A stretch of DNA of 35,230 nucleotides. It comes from Alphaproteobacteria bacterium (GTDB taxonomy: Bacteria; Pseudomonadota; Alphaproteobacteria; UBA828). The stretch lies in assembly GCA_963667785.2 (NCBI GenBank), contig CAXXMU010000010.1, positions 1 through 35,230 on the forward strand, given 5' to 3'. A program made the translations under genes and the position numbers. The notes under the pieces are model-generated. The model did not search any database and was not told where the DNA came from. It was given only the letters and a program-made list of their open reading frames with translations. Shown piece by piece: positions 1 to 8,697 of the stretch (its first letter is position 1; the number at the start of each line of letters is the position of its first letter).

Positions 1-93
1 GAGGCGTCCTTCGGCATGCCGTGCAGGATCATGGCATTTCGGCAATAGGTGTCGCCGAATCAAGGACTTCCAGAGCCTTTTTCACAGGCCGCG

Positions 94-123
94 CTTGACG
101 AGCGCGTCCCTTTGAACCCATAT
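94..123 (+). promoter_or_regulatory. Putative sigma70/RpoH-like promoter upstream of the carboxypeptidase
   Basis: CTTGAC (94-99), an 18-nt spacer, then CCATAT (118-123), about 40 nt before the GTG start at 162. Resembles the alphaproteobacterial CTTGAC-N17/18-CTATAT consensus. Confidence 0.4.
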
Positions 124-161
124 GTAGCGCTGTTTCGAGTCGGCGGGGCGGCGGGGCGCAC

Positions 162-1617
162 GTGCAAGCGCGGCAAAAACCAACAAAAATCACGCGGCCC
201 GGCTCCATCGTCCTCGGTCTCGTCCTCTCGCTCAGCGTCCTCGCCATGTCGCAGGTGTTCGCCGCCGAATCGGCCGAGGCGCGGTACGCCTCCATCGTCG
301 TCGACGCCGAGACCGGCGAGGTCCTGCGCTCGCGCAACGCCGACATACGCAGGTATCCGGCATCGCTCACCAAGATGATGACCCTCTATCTGCTCTTCGA
401 GGCGATCGACGAGGGGCGGCTCAGCCTCACCTCCAAGCTCAAGGTCTCGAAGCGGGCGGCCGGCCAGCCGCCGTCGAAGCTGGGCCTCGGCGCCGGCTCC
501 CACAATCGAGGTCGAGGACGCGATCAAGGCGCTGGTGGTCAAGTCGGCCAACGATATCGCGGTCGTGGTCGCCGAGGCGCTGGGAGGAACCGAGGTCGAG
601 TTCGCCCGGATGATGACGAGAAAGGCCCAGGCGCTCGGCATGTCCCGAACCACGTTCCGCAACGCGTCCGGCCTGCCCAACCGCAAGCAGCGCAGCACGG
701 CGCGCGACATGTCCTTTCTCGCGCGCGCGCTCATGCGGGAATTCCCCCACCGCTACCACTACTTCGACGACCAACGCTTCCGCTACGGCGGGCGGTCGCA
801 TCGCTCGCCGAACCGGCTGCTCGGCAGCTATCGCGGCATGGACGGCATAAAGACCGGCTACATCCGGGCGTCCGGCTTCAATCTCGCGGCGTCGGCGGAG
901 CGCGACGGCCGGCGTGTCGTCGCGGTGGTCTTCGGCGGCAAGACCGCGCGCTCGCGCAACAGGCACATGGCCACCCTTCTCGACCTCGGTTTCACGCGCA
1001 TCGCCGAGCGTGACGCCAAGCGCGGCCGTGTCCGTTATGCCGGCATCCCCCGCCCGCCCGCGGGCTCCGGCATGGCAGCGCCGGCTGCGCGCTTCAAGCC
1101 CGCGGCGATCATGGTTGCGGCGGTCGAGGCGGACGAACTGGCCGAAGGGGCTGCCGCGCCTCCGGCCGAACCGATGGTGACTGTCGAGGCGTTGGAGGCG
1201 GAGGTTGCCGCGGGCCCGCTGCCGCCGGAACTCGCGCCCGCAAAGCCGGAGACCGAGACGACGACGGTCGCGGCACTGACGGCTGCACCCGAAGCGCCGG
1301 CGTCGCCGAAGGCGTTCCGGGCGGACTCGGTGACCGCCCGCCCCTGGGGCGTCCAGGTCGGCGCCTACGAGTCGGTCACGTCAGCCCAAATCGCCATGCG
1401 CCGCGCGTCCGCGCGGGCGCCGCTGCTCGGTGACGCGATACCGACTCTCGTGCCCAGCAACGTGGGGGCCGGCACGCTCTATCGGGCGCGTTTCCTGGGG
1501 CTCTACAAGAGCGACGCCGTCAGGGCATGCCAGGCGCTTCGCCCCTCGCCCATGCCCTGCGTCATCATCCGCGGCCTCGATAAGGAACACGACCCCGCCA
1601 TCGCCGCCGCCTCCTGA
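162..1617 (+). CDS. D-alanyl-D-alanine carboxypeptidase (peptidase S11) with C-terminal SPOR domain; one +1 frameshift at ~499-501
   Basis: Signal/TM segment, SxxK (PASLTK), SxN (KSAND) and KTG (GIKTGY) motifs, an Ala/Pro/Glu linker and a SPOR domain (WGVQVGAY...LYRARFLG). Removing one C from CCC at 499-501 joins ORF 162.. to ORF 535..1617 as GAGSTIEVEDAIKALVVKSAND. Confidence 0.9.
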
Positions 1618-1645
1618 CGGGGCGGAGCGGCAGCCAGCCCCGCCG

Positions 1646-2047
1646 TCAGCCCTCTACTGGCTCGTCGGGGAGCGGCCGGGGGCGGCCGGCGTCGTCGATG
1701 GCGACGTAGATGAAAGTGCCCTCGGTCACCTTCGCCTCCGAGGGACCGCGCCGCCGCCGCGCCCAGGTCTCGATGGCGACGGTGATCGAGGTCGTCCCGG
1801 TCTTCGCGATCTCGGCATAGCAGGTCACGAGGTCGCCCACGGCGATGGGCGCGTGAAAGCGCATCGCCTCCACCGCCACCGTGGCCAGGCGCCCGCGCGC
1901 GCGCCGCGCCGCCACAACGCCGCCGGCGAGGTCCATCTGCGCCAGCACCCAGCCGCCGAAGATGTCGCCGTTGGGATTGGCGTCGGCGGGCATGGCGAGC
2001 GTGCGGAGCGCAGGCTCGGTTTGCGGCGGCCGTTCGGATTCGGTCAT
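1646..2047 (-). CDS. yciA: Acyl-CoA thioesterase (hotdog fold, YciA-like)
   Basis: MPADANPNGDIFGGWVLAQMDLAG motif typical of YciA-type thioesterases; 133 aa. Confidence 0.85.
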   Translation of the reverse strand: MTESERPPQTEPALRTLAMPADANPNGDIFGGWVLAQMDLAGGVVAARRARGRLATVAVEAMRFHAPIAVGDLVTCYAEIAKTGTTSITVAIETWARRRRGPSEAKVTEGTFIYVAIDDAGRPRPLPDEPVEG

Positions 2048-2060
2048 GGCGGACCCTTCT

Positions 2061-3092
2061 TCACTTGCCCTTGCGCCGGCTCTTCCGCCAGGCGCGGATG
2101 TAGGCCATGCAGTGCTGGTCGCGGCCTAGCAGCACGTCCTCGGCGAGCTTGTAGTCGGGGTCCGCGCGGTCGATGGCGAAAATCGCCTCCGGCGGGCTCG
2201 CCACCGGGTCCATGATGCCGCCGTCGGCGCCGGCGTCCACCGCCAGCAGCACGAACGTCTCGTTGAGCAGCTTCCGCGCCGGCAACCCGAAGGAGACGTT
2301 GCTCATGCCGCCCGTGATGTGGATCTCGCTGCCGAAACGCTCCCGCAAGGCGCGGATCGCATCGAAGCAGTGATGGCCGAACGTGGAATCGACCGAGATG
2401 GGGAAGACCAGAGGGTCGACGTAGAGGTCGCCCAGCGCGAAGCCCCTGACGAGCGCCGCTTCCACCATGCGCGTCGCGTTCGCCACCCGCTCGTCCGCGC
2501 CGTTCGGCATGCCGCGTTCGCCGGCGGCGGTCACCACCACGCGGCAGTCGTGCTCCCGCGCGAGGTCGAGGGCATCCTGGCGCTCCAGCGAGGCGGAGTT
2601 GAGCATCGGGCGCGTCTTGGCGGGCGCGATCGCCTCCAGCCCTGCGCGGATCACGTCCACGCTGGAGGAATCGATGGAGAGCGGGAGCGCGGTCTTCTCC
2701 TGCACCGTCGCCGCGAGCCAGGCCATGGCGCCGGTCTGCACGCCGAGCTTGGGCGACATCTCGTCGACGTTGAGGTCGAGAAAGGCCGCGCCCGCCCGCT
2801 CCTGATGGCGGACGAGCGCCTCAATGTAGCGCATCCCCTCGGCAGGGTCGCCCGCCGCCGTCTCCATCGCCGTCTCGATCGCGACATGGACGTGCTTGAC
2901 CCGGCCCTCCTCGTAGTCCTTGGTCCGCTTGGCCTCTTCGGTGACGGGCAGCGCACGCTCCTCGCCGTCTGCCGTCTCGTAGAGGATGACTTCCACCCCG
3001 TCGCGCTCCGCGATGCGCTTGCCCTTGCGCAGCGCCACGCGGGTGCAGTGGATGTTCTCGCCAATGACGATGAGCGTTGGCGGGGCAGTCAT
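2061..3092 (-). CDS. Pterin-binding methyltetrahydrofolate:corrinoid methyltransferase (AcsE/MeTr-like)
   Basis: Starts MTAPPTLIVIGENIH, with the ATG overlapping the upstream TGA (ATGA). Motifs FLDLNVD, LSIDSS, MLNSAS, LYVDPLVFP and GGMSNVSFGLP of the DHPS-like TIM barrel of AcsE and the MetH folate domain; 343 aa. Confidence 0.88.
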   Translation of the reverse strand: MTAPPTLIVIGENIHCTRVALRKGKRIAERDGVEVILYETADGEERALPVTEEAKRTKDYEEGRVKHVHVAIETAMETAAGDPAEGMRYIEALVRHQERAGAAFLDLNVDEMSPKLGVQTGAMAWLAATVQEKTALPLSIDSSSVDVIRAGLEAIAPAKTRPMLNSASLERQDALDLAREHDCRVVVTAAGERGMPNGADERVANATRMVEAALVRGFALGDLYVDPLVFPISVDSTFGHHCFDAIRALRERFGSEIHITGGMSNVSFGLPARKLLNETFVLLAVDAGADGGIMDPVASPPEAIFAIDRADPDYKLAEDVLLGRDQHCMAYIRAWRKSRRKGK

Positions 3093-5080
3093 GCGGTCCC
3101 TTCCGGCACGAGGTGCGATGGCATCGGCTTGAACTGGCAGCCGTCCACGAAGAGGTCGAAGAAATCCGGCGTGGTCTCGAGCTCGATATGCTCGATGGCC
3201 TGGACTTCGCGCTCCAGCGCCCGGCGCCGAGTCCCCGAAAGCAGGATCGCCCGCGCGCCCCGCGCCGCCGCGTTGCCAGCCTTGACCGCGCGCTCTTCCG
3301 GCACCGGCGCCAGCAGGCCGATGGACTGAGCGTTCCGCACGTTCACGTAGTTGGCGAAGCCGCCCGCGAGGTAGAGCCGCTCGACTGCGGCCGGATCGAC
3401 GCCGAGCGCGCGCATGACGATGTACTGCCCGCAGTAGTTGGCGGCCTTCGCCTGGCCGAGGTTGCTGGCGTCCTCCTTGGAGAAGGTGATGCCGTGCTCG
3501 GGCACCACGGTCGTCTCCATCTGCTTGCGGTCGGCGGCAAAGACGCCCTTGGCCGTGAGCACGTCGCCCCGTCTCAGCTCCGCCAGCAGGTCGATCAGGC
3601 CGGAGCCGCAGAGGCCCGTGGGCTCCCCGCCGCCGATGGTCTCGTAGGCGGCCGTGCCGTCCGCGCCGAGCCGCACCGTCTCGATGGCGCCGTCGCAGGC
3701 CGGCATGCCGTAGCGCACCAGCCCGCCTTCGAACGCGGGCCCCGCCGGGCATGAGGCGGCGAGCATGCGGCCCCGGTGCTTGAGCACGACCTCGGTGTTA
3801 GTGCCCATGTCCACGAGCATCGCCGTCTCGGCGTCCGCGAACCCTTGCTCCAGCGCCACCAGGGCGGCGGCGGCATCGCCGCCGACATGGCTCGCGATCA
3901 GCGGCAGGCCATAGACCCGCGCTTCGCGGTTCGCGCGGAGGCCGAGGCGGCGCGCGAGCGCCTGGACCGCCGTGTTCGCCCGCTCGCCCGCGAGGAAGGC
4001 ATGCTCGATGGACGACTTGTAGGGCTTCTGGCCGATGCCCTGCACGTCGAGCTTGAACAGGATGTCGCGCATGGTGGGATTCGCCGCGACCACGATCTCG
4101 TAGATCGTCTCGCGGCCGAGCCCCAAACGGGCGCAGCCGTCCACGACGGCGCGGCTGATGGCCGAGGCGGCAGCCTTCTGCAGCTCGCCCGCCTTGTCGT
4201 CCCGGTCGTAGGAGATGCGGTGCATCACGTCGCTGCCGCCAAAGGCCTGCGGGTTTTCAAAGGCCGCGCTGTGCACGCTCTTGCCGGTCTCCAGATCGAC
4301 GAAGTCGAGCACCACCGTCGTGGTGCCGAGATCGACCGCGAGGCCCAGCATGTGGCCGCGGTAGCGGTCCACCACGGCGCCGTCGTAGAGCACGTCGTCG
4401 CCCCGCCGCATGACGAGGGGGTCGAGGGTCCGGGGCGCGCCCGCCGCTTCCGCATGGGCGCGCACCAGGATGCGCGGGCGGCGGCGGAGCGGCGCGAAGG
4501 CCACGTCGATGTCGTCGCGCTCGACCAGCGCCTGGCAGGCGAGGCGGTAGGGGGGCCGCAGGAAGCCCTCGGCCTCCGTGCGCGCCGAGAGCGCGCCCTC
4601 GCCTGCGCTCACCTCGACCACGCATTCGTGGCAGCGGCCGTTGCGCAGGCACGAGGTCGGCACCTCGACGGCAAGCTCGTCGGCGCAGTCGAAAAGCGTC
4701 ATGCCGATGGCGAGCGGCTCGGTCTTGCCGTCGTGGGAGACCGTGCCGGGCCCGGCCGGCAGCGCTTCGCCTTCGCGCCGCGCCGCGGCATCCCGCTTGA
4801 CGCGGTCGAGCTGCTCGCGCGCGCGATCGCGGGTGGCGGGATCGCTCTCCCACGCCAGGCTGTAGTCGAAGGTGCCGTCGTGGCCGCAGGTGGCGAGCTC
4901 GTCCTTCGCCGCTGCGGCGATCTGGTTGGCGCAGGAGAAGGCGGCGGTGCAGCGGTCGCGCGCATCGCGGTAGGGGCAGCGCTGCGTCGCCTGCGCGTCG
5001 GCGTGGCTCACGATGTCCGAGAAGATCTCGGTGAGCCGGTCGAGCCGCTTCTGGTAGTCCTGCTGGCTGATCTTCGGCAA
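3089..5080 (-). CDS. ASKHA-domain ATP-dependent reductive activator of corrinoid proteins (RACo/DUF4445 type) with 2Fe-2S domain and extra N-terminal Cys-rich domain
   Basis: 2Fe-2S motif (CLRNGRCHEC...RLACQ) and ASKHA motifs DLGTTT, VDMGTNTE, AGPAFEGG, GLCGSG and LAGGFANY; TTG start. Confidence 0.9.
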   Translation of the reverse strand: MPKISQQDYQKRLDRLTEIFSDIVSHADAQATQRCPYRDARDRCTAAFSCANQIAAAAKDELATCGHDGTFDYSLAWESDPATRDRAREQLDRVKRDAAARREGEALPAGPGTVSHDGKTEPLAIGMTLFDCADELAVEVPTSCLRNGRCHECVVEVSAGEGALSARTEAEGFLRPPYRLACQALVERDDIDVAFAPLRRRPRILVRAHAEAAGAPRTLDPLVMRRGDDVLYDGAVVDRYRGHMLGLAVDLGTTTVVLDFVDLETGKSVHSAAFENPQAFGGSDVMHRISYDRDDKAGELQKAAASAISRAVVDGCARLGLGRETIYEIVVAANPTMRDILFKLDVQGIGQKPYKSSIEHAFLAGERANTAVQALARRLGLRANREARVYGLPLIASHVGGDAAAALVALEQGFADAETAMLVDMGTNTEVVLKHRGRMLAASCPAGPAFEGGLVRYGMPACDGAIETVRLGADGTAAYETIGGGEPTGLCGSGLIDLLAELRRGDVLTAKGVFAADRKQMETTVVPEHGITFSKEDASNLGQAKAANYCGQYIVMRALGVDPAAVERLYLAGGFANYVNVRNAQSIGLLAPVPEERAVKAGNAAARGARAILLSGTRRRALEREVQAIEHIELETTPDFFDLFVDGCQFKPMPSHLVPEGTA

Positions 5081-5089
5081 CGGCTTCGC

Positions 5090-5839
5090 CTAACCGCGCT
5101 CTTCCATCAGCCTCTTGGCGAGCGTCACGCAGGAGAGCGCGTCCTTGCCGTAGCCGTCCGCGCCCATGTCGTCGGCGAACTCTTGCGTTACCGGCGCGCC
5201 GCCGACCATCACCATCACGTCGTCGCGGAGGTCCGCGTCGATCAGCGCCTCGATGGTCTTGCCCATGTTCGGCATCGTCGTGGTCAGCAGCGCCGACATG
5301 CCCATGATCGGCGCCTCGTGCTCCTCCAGCGCCGCGATGAACTCGTCCTCGGAGGTATCGACGCCGAGGTCGACCACGTCGAAGCCCGCGCCGGAGAGCA
5401 TCATGATGCAGAGGTTCTTGCCGATATCGTGGAGGTCGCCCTTGACCGTGCCCATGATGACGGTGCCGATGGGCTCGACGCCCGAGGCGGAGAGAATCGG
5501 CTCTATGTGGGCCATGCCCGCCTTCATCGCCCGCGCGCACGCCAGCACCTCGGGCACGAAGATGAAGTTCTCGCGGAACTTGATGCCGACGATGCCCATG
5601 CCGGCGATGAGCCCGTCGTCCATGATCTCCAGCGCCTCGGTGCCCTGCTCCAGCGCCTTGACGGTAAGCGCGTCCACCGTGTGATTGTCGCCCTCGATCA
5701 GGGCCGCTGCGATGTCCTGCATCTCGGGCCGCATGCGGGCGAAGAGCGCCACGTTGCGCTCGATCTCGTCCGGACGCTCGAGAAACTCCTCGATCTCGTC
5801 GCGGATCACCTCGTTGGCGATGTCGGAAAGCACGGCCAT
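5090..5839 (-). CDS. Cobalamin-binding corrinoid protein (MtbC/MttC-like)
   Basis: Cap domain (F.PEVL.CARAMK) and B12-binding motif GTVKGDLHDIGKN...SALLTTT...VGGAPVT. Confidence 0.93.
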   Translation of the reverse strand: MAVLSDIANEVIRDEIEEFLERPDEIERNVALFARMRPEMQDIAAALIEGDNHTVDALTVKALEQGTEALEIMDDGLIAGMGIVGIKFRENFIFVPEVLACARAMKAGMAHIEPILSASGVEPIGTVIMGTVKGDLHDIGKNLCIMMLSGAGFDVVDLGVDTSEDEFIAALEEHEAPIMGMSALLTTTMPNMGKTIEALIDADLRDDVMVMVGGAPVTQEFADDMGADGYGKDALSCVTLAKRLMEERG

Positions 5840-5879
5840 GGGGAACTCGGGTCTAGGGGCGCAGGAGTGTCACGCGGCT

Positions 5880-6923
5880 CTAGTGCGTGCGACCGTGCTC
5901 GGCATGCCAGTCGCGCACCGCGAGCGGAATCTCGCGCAGGTTCTCGACCGAGGTCTGCAGCGGAATGGCGCATTCCGGCCCGACTCCCTGCACGCCGGCG
6001 TCCAGGTTGGCGTAGACCTCCTTGCGCACGTCCTCCGGCCCCTTGGCGAACAGCGTCTCGGGATTGTTGATGTTGCCGACCAGCGATACCCGTTCGTCCA
6101 TCGCCGCCATGGACTCGGACGGTGCGTTCTTGGAATCGAAGTGGAAGGCGGCGATCCCGGTCTCGGCGATATAGCCCATGCGGTCCACGGTGCGCCCGCA
6201 GATGTGCAGGATGAGGGGCACCGGAAGGCGCTCCACGAACTCGATGTGGAGGTCCCTGAGGAAGCGCTTGTAGTAGTCGGCGCTCACCAGGTCGCCCGTG
6301 GCGTGGTCGGGGACAGTGAGCGCGTCGGCGCCCGCCTCGATCTGGGCAAGACCGAAGACGATCGTCGCCTCCTTCATGCGGTCGAGCGCGAGCTTGGTCT
6401 TGCCCGGATCGTCCAGCGACATGAGCAGGAAGGGCTCGACCCCGAAGCAGTGATAGCCGAGCGTCCACGGCCCCATGGTCTTGCCGATGATCGCCACCTC
6501 GTCGCCGAACTCGCGGCGCAGCAGGCGGATCGCCTCGATCACGCAGGCCATGTCCGGGTGCAGCAGGAAATCGTTGGGGATGCGGATGTCGTCCACGTCC
6601 TCCCAGATCGGCTCGCGCATGCGCACGGTCGGCCAGTTGTCCTTCTGCTCCCACTGCATCTTGCAGCCGAGCGCAGACGATTCCTGGATGATGGAGAACA
6701 CCGGCATGATGCTGTCGAAGCCGAGCTCGGTGTAGCTGGTAGCGGCGAGCCGCGCCATCAGCGCGGGGTCGCGGTTGGCCAGTGGGAAGTTGGCGTCCAC
6801 CAGGTCCATCAGCTCGACCGTGGCCACCGAGGTGGGATTGCACACGGGCGTGCGATCCACCGGCTCGCGGGCCAGCGCCGCAAGCACCCGCTCGCGGCTG
6901 GTCATCGAAGGCAATGCCGTCAT
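5880..6923 (-). CDS. MtaA/CmuA-family methyltransferase (URO-D fold, Zn-binding)
   Basis: N-terminus MTSRERVLAAL.REPVDRTPV, GPWTL, Zn ligands H-x-C (ILHICG) and distal Cys (GPECAIP), GNINNP; 347 aa. Confidence 0.88.
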   Translation of the reverse strand: MTALPSMTSRERVLAALAREPVDRTPVCNPTSVATVELMDLVDANFPLANRDPALMARLAATSYTELGFDSIMPVFSIIQESSALGCKMQWEQKDNWPTVRMREPIWEDVDDIRIPNDFLLHPDMACVIEAIRLLRREFGDEVAIIGKTMGPWTLGYHCFGVEPFLLMSLDDPGKTKLALDRMKEATIVFGLAQIEAGADALTVPDHATGDLVSADYYKRFLRDLHIEFVERLPVPLILHICGRTVDRMGYIAETGIAAFHFDSKNAPSESMAAMDERVSLVGNINNPETLFAKGPEDVRKEVYANLDAGVQGVGPECAIPLQTSVENLREIPLAVRDWHAEHGRTH

Positions 6924-6941
6924 CGCTTCCGCTCCCGACCC

Positions 6942-7595
6942 TCAGGTCTGCTGTTGCGCGCTCGGCGCGGCGAGGACGCCCCGCGCCGCAGCGGCCTCCG
7001 CCTCGCGCATGGCGGCGCGGACGTTGAGCGCCCGGCCGAGCAGGAGGCCCACCAGCTCGTCATGGGCCGTGCCGCAGGCGAAGCGGGCCTCGCCCGGCTC
7101 CGCGCCCGGCTCCATCTCGGCGAGCTTGACGAGCCCGCGCGTGACGCTGTCCACGCGCCGCGCCACCTTGTCGTCCCCCTCGCCGGCGTCGGCTGCAAGC
7201 CGGTAGGCGCCGCCGCCGATGCCAGTCGCGCCGATGGTGAGATCGTTCTTCTTGTCGTAGATGCTCATGGGCAGCGCCGCGACCTCGGCTCCCGGCGCCT
7301 TCTTGCAGGCTTCGAGGAAGAGCCGCTTCACCGCCGCCCGGTGTTCTTCGCCGCAGGCGAAGGCGAGGCGCCCCGGCTGGCCCGGCGCCGGCACCATGCC
7401 GCCCATCACGGCCATTGCCCGCATCACGAACGCCAGCCGCCCGGCGGTGTCCTCCTTCCCGCTGTAGCTGTGCGCGAGATAGCCCGAGGCGCCGCCCTCT
7501 CCCGTGCTGCGGTAGAGGGAGATGCTGATGTCGTGGAAGTGCGGGTCCATGGAGACAAGCTCCACCCGCTCCCCGAGGTCCAACAGGCGGCCCAT
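6942..7595 (-). CDS. Hypothetical protein with internal duplication (two FACGxxH motifs); first gene of the corrinoid operon
   Basis: 217-aa ORF with ATG, purine-rich RBS and GC3-rich codon usage, ending 18 nt before the MtaA-like gene. No family recognised. Confidence 0.75.
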   Translation of the reverse strand: MGRLLDLGERVELVSMDPHFHDISISLYRSTGEGGASGYLAHSYSGKEDTAGRLAFVMRAMAVMGGMVPAPGQPGRLAFACGEEHRAAVKRLFLEACKKAPGAEVAALPMSIYDKKNDLTIGATGIGGGAYRLAADAGEGDDKVARRVDSVTRGLVKLAEMEPGAEPGEARFACGTAHDELVGLLLGRALNVRAAMREAEAAAARGVLAAPSAQQQT

Positions 7596-7704
7596 CGCCC
7601 CCTCGCTGCGCCGGCCCGGTCCCTACCGGGCCTCCCGATATCCCGGCCAGAATTTCAGATAGGGCGAAGGGAAACAAGGCCACAGCCCCGAAAAGAGTTG
7701 TGGA

Positions 7705-8685
7705 CTACCCCCAGAGCGCGGGCTCGGGCGGGTCCATTTCCGCGCCGTCGTAGACGAGCCCCGGCGTGCGGTCGCGGGCCAGCAGCAGGGGGCCGTCGAG
7801 ATCGACGTACTCGGCAAAGCCCGCGAGCAGCGCCGCCGGCGCCATGGCGAGCGAGGTGCCGACCATGCTGCCTACCATGATGCGAAAGCCCATGGCTTGC
7901 GCCTCCCTGGCCAGGGCCAGCGCCTCCGTCAGCCCCCCGGTCTTGTCCAGCTTGATGTTGACCATGGGATAGCGGCCGGCGAGACGCGGCAGGTCGGCGC
8001 GCGTGTGGCAGCTCTCGTCGGCGCAGACGGAAAGCGACAGACGGCGGCCTTCGAGCGCCTCGTCGTCCGCCGCCGGCAGCGGCTGCTCCACCATCTCGAC
8101 CCCGAGCGCGGCGAGGGCCGGCAGCAGCTCGTCCAGCATCGGCAGCGACCAGCCCTCGTTTGCATCCACGATCAGCCGGGCTCCGGGCGCGTTCTCGCGA
8201 ACGGCACGGATGCGTTCCGCGTCGCCCTCGCCGGTGACCTTGAGCTTGAGCAGGGGGAGGTGGGCGTGCCGGGCCGCGGCCGTGCCCATGTTCTCCGGCG
8301 TATCCAGGCTGAGAGTCACCGCGGTGACGCATGGCTTCGGCGCCGCGAGCCCCGCCAGCGCCCAGGCCGGCCGGGCCGCCTGCTTCGCTTCGAGATCCCA
8401 GAGCGCGCAGTCGAGCGCGTTGCGGGCGGCGCCCGGCGGCAGCGCCTCCAGCAGGCCCTCGCGTCCGAGCCCGCCTTCCACGGCGTCCCGCACGCTCTCG
8501 ATCTCCGCCCGCGTTCCCTCCGGCGTCTCGTCGTAGCGGGGATAGGGGACGGCCTCGCCCCGGCCGGTGCAGGCGCCGTCTGCGACCTCGGCGACGACGA
8601 CGTGCGCCTCGGTCTTGGCGCCGCGGGAGATGCGGAAGGCGCTCGCCAGCGGCCAGGTTTCGAGGCGAACGGCAAGCCGCCTCAC
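7705..8685 (-). CDS. dgcA: N-acetyl-D-glutamate racemase / dipeptide epimerase (enolase superfamily)
   Basis: FRISRGAKT, GEAVPY, KLK catalytic motif, metal ligands DANE, EQP and ADES, NIKLDKTGG, DLDGP; adjacent to a DUF1611 gene. Confidence 0.85.
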   Translation of the reverse strand: MRRLAVRLETWPLASAFRISRGAKTEAHVVVAEVADGACTGRGEAVPYPRYDETPEGTRAEIESVRDAVEGGLGREGLLEALPPGAARNALDCALWDLEAKQAARPAWALAGLAAPKPCVTAVTLSLDTPENMGTAAARHAHLPLLKLKVTGEGDAERIRAVRENAPGARLIVDANEGWSLPMLDELLPALAALGVEMVEQPLPAADDEALEGRRLSLSVCADESCHTRADLPRLAGRYPMVNIKLDKTGGLTEALALAREAQAMGFRIMVGSMVGTSLAMAPAALLAGFAEYVDLDGPLLLARDRTPGLVYDGAEMDPPEPALWG

Positions 8686-8697
8686 GAGGCCCGGCCT

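Noticed and set aside
1-32. Possible start of a divergent minus-strand gene (MILHGMPKDA...)
   Set aside because: Only about 10 codons lie within the window, too few to support or identify.
5880-6923. Uroporphyrinogen decarboxylase hemE
   Set aside because: Lacks the W.MRQAGR motif, has MtaA-type Zn ligands (HICG...EC) and sits beside a corrinoid protein.
7596-7704. Cobalamin riboswitch upstream of the corrinoid operon (also sought at 22555-22732)
   Set aside because: The gaps are short and no B12-box or other conserved riboswitch motif was recognisable by eye. An Rfam scan would be decisive.
3776-7880. Long antisense and alternative-frame ORFs (e.g. 3776-6070, 5685-7880, also 22625-24781 and 24923-26836)
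   Set aside because: Shadow ORFs expected at this GC content. They fully overlap well-supported genes and lack recognisable motifs.
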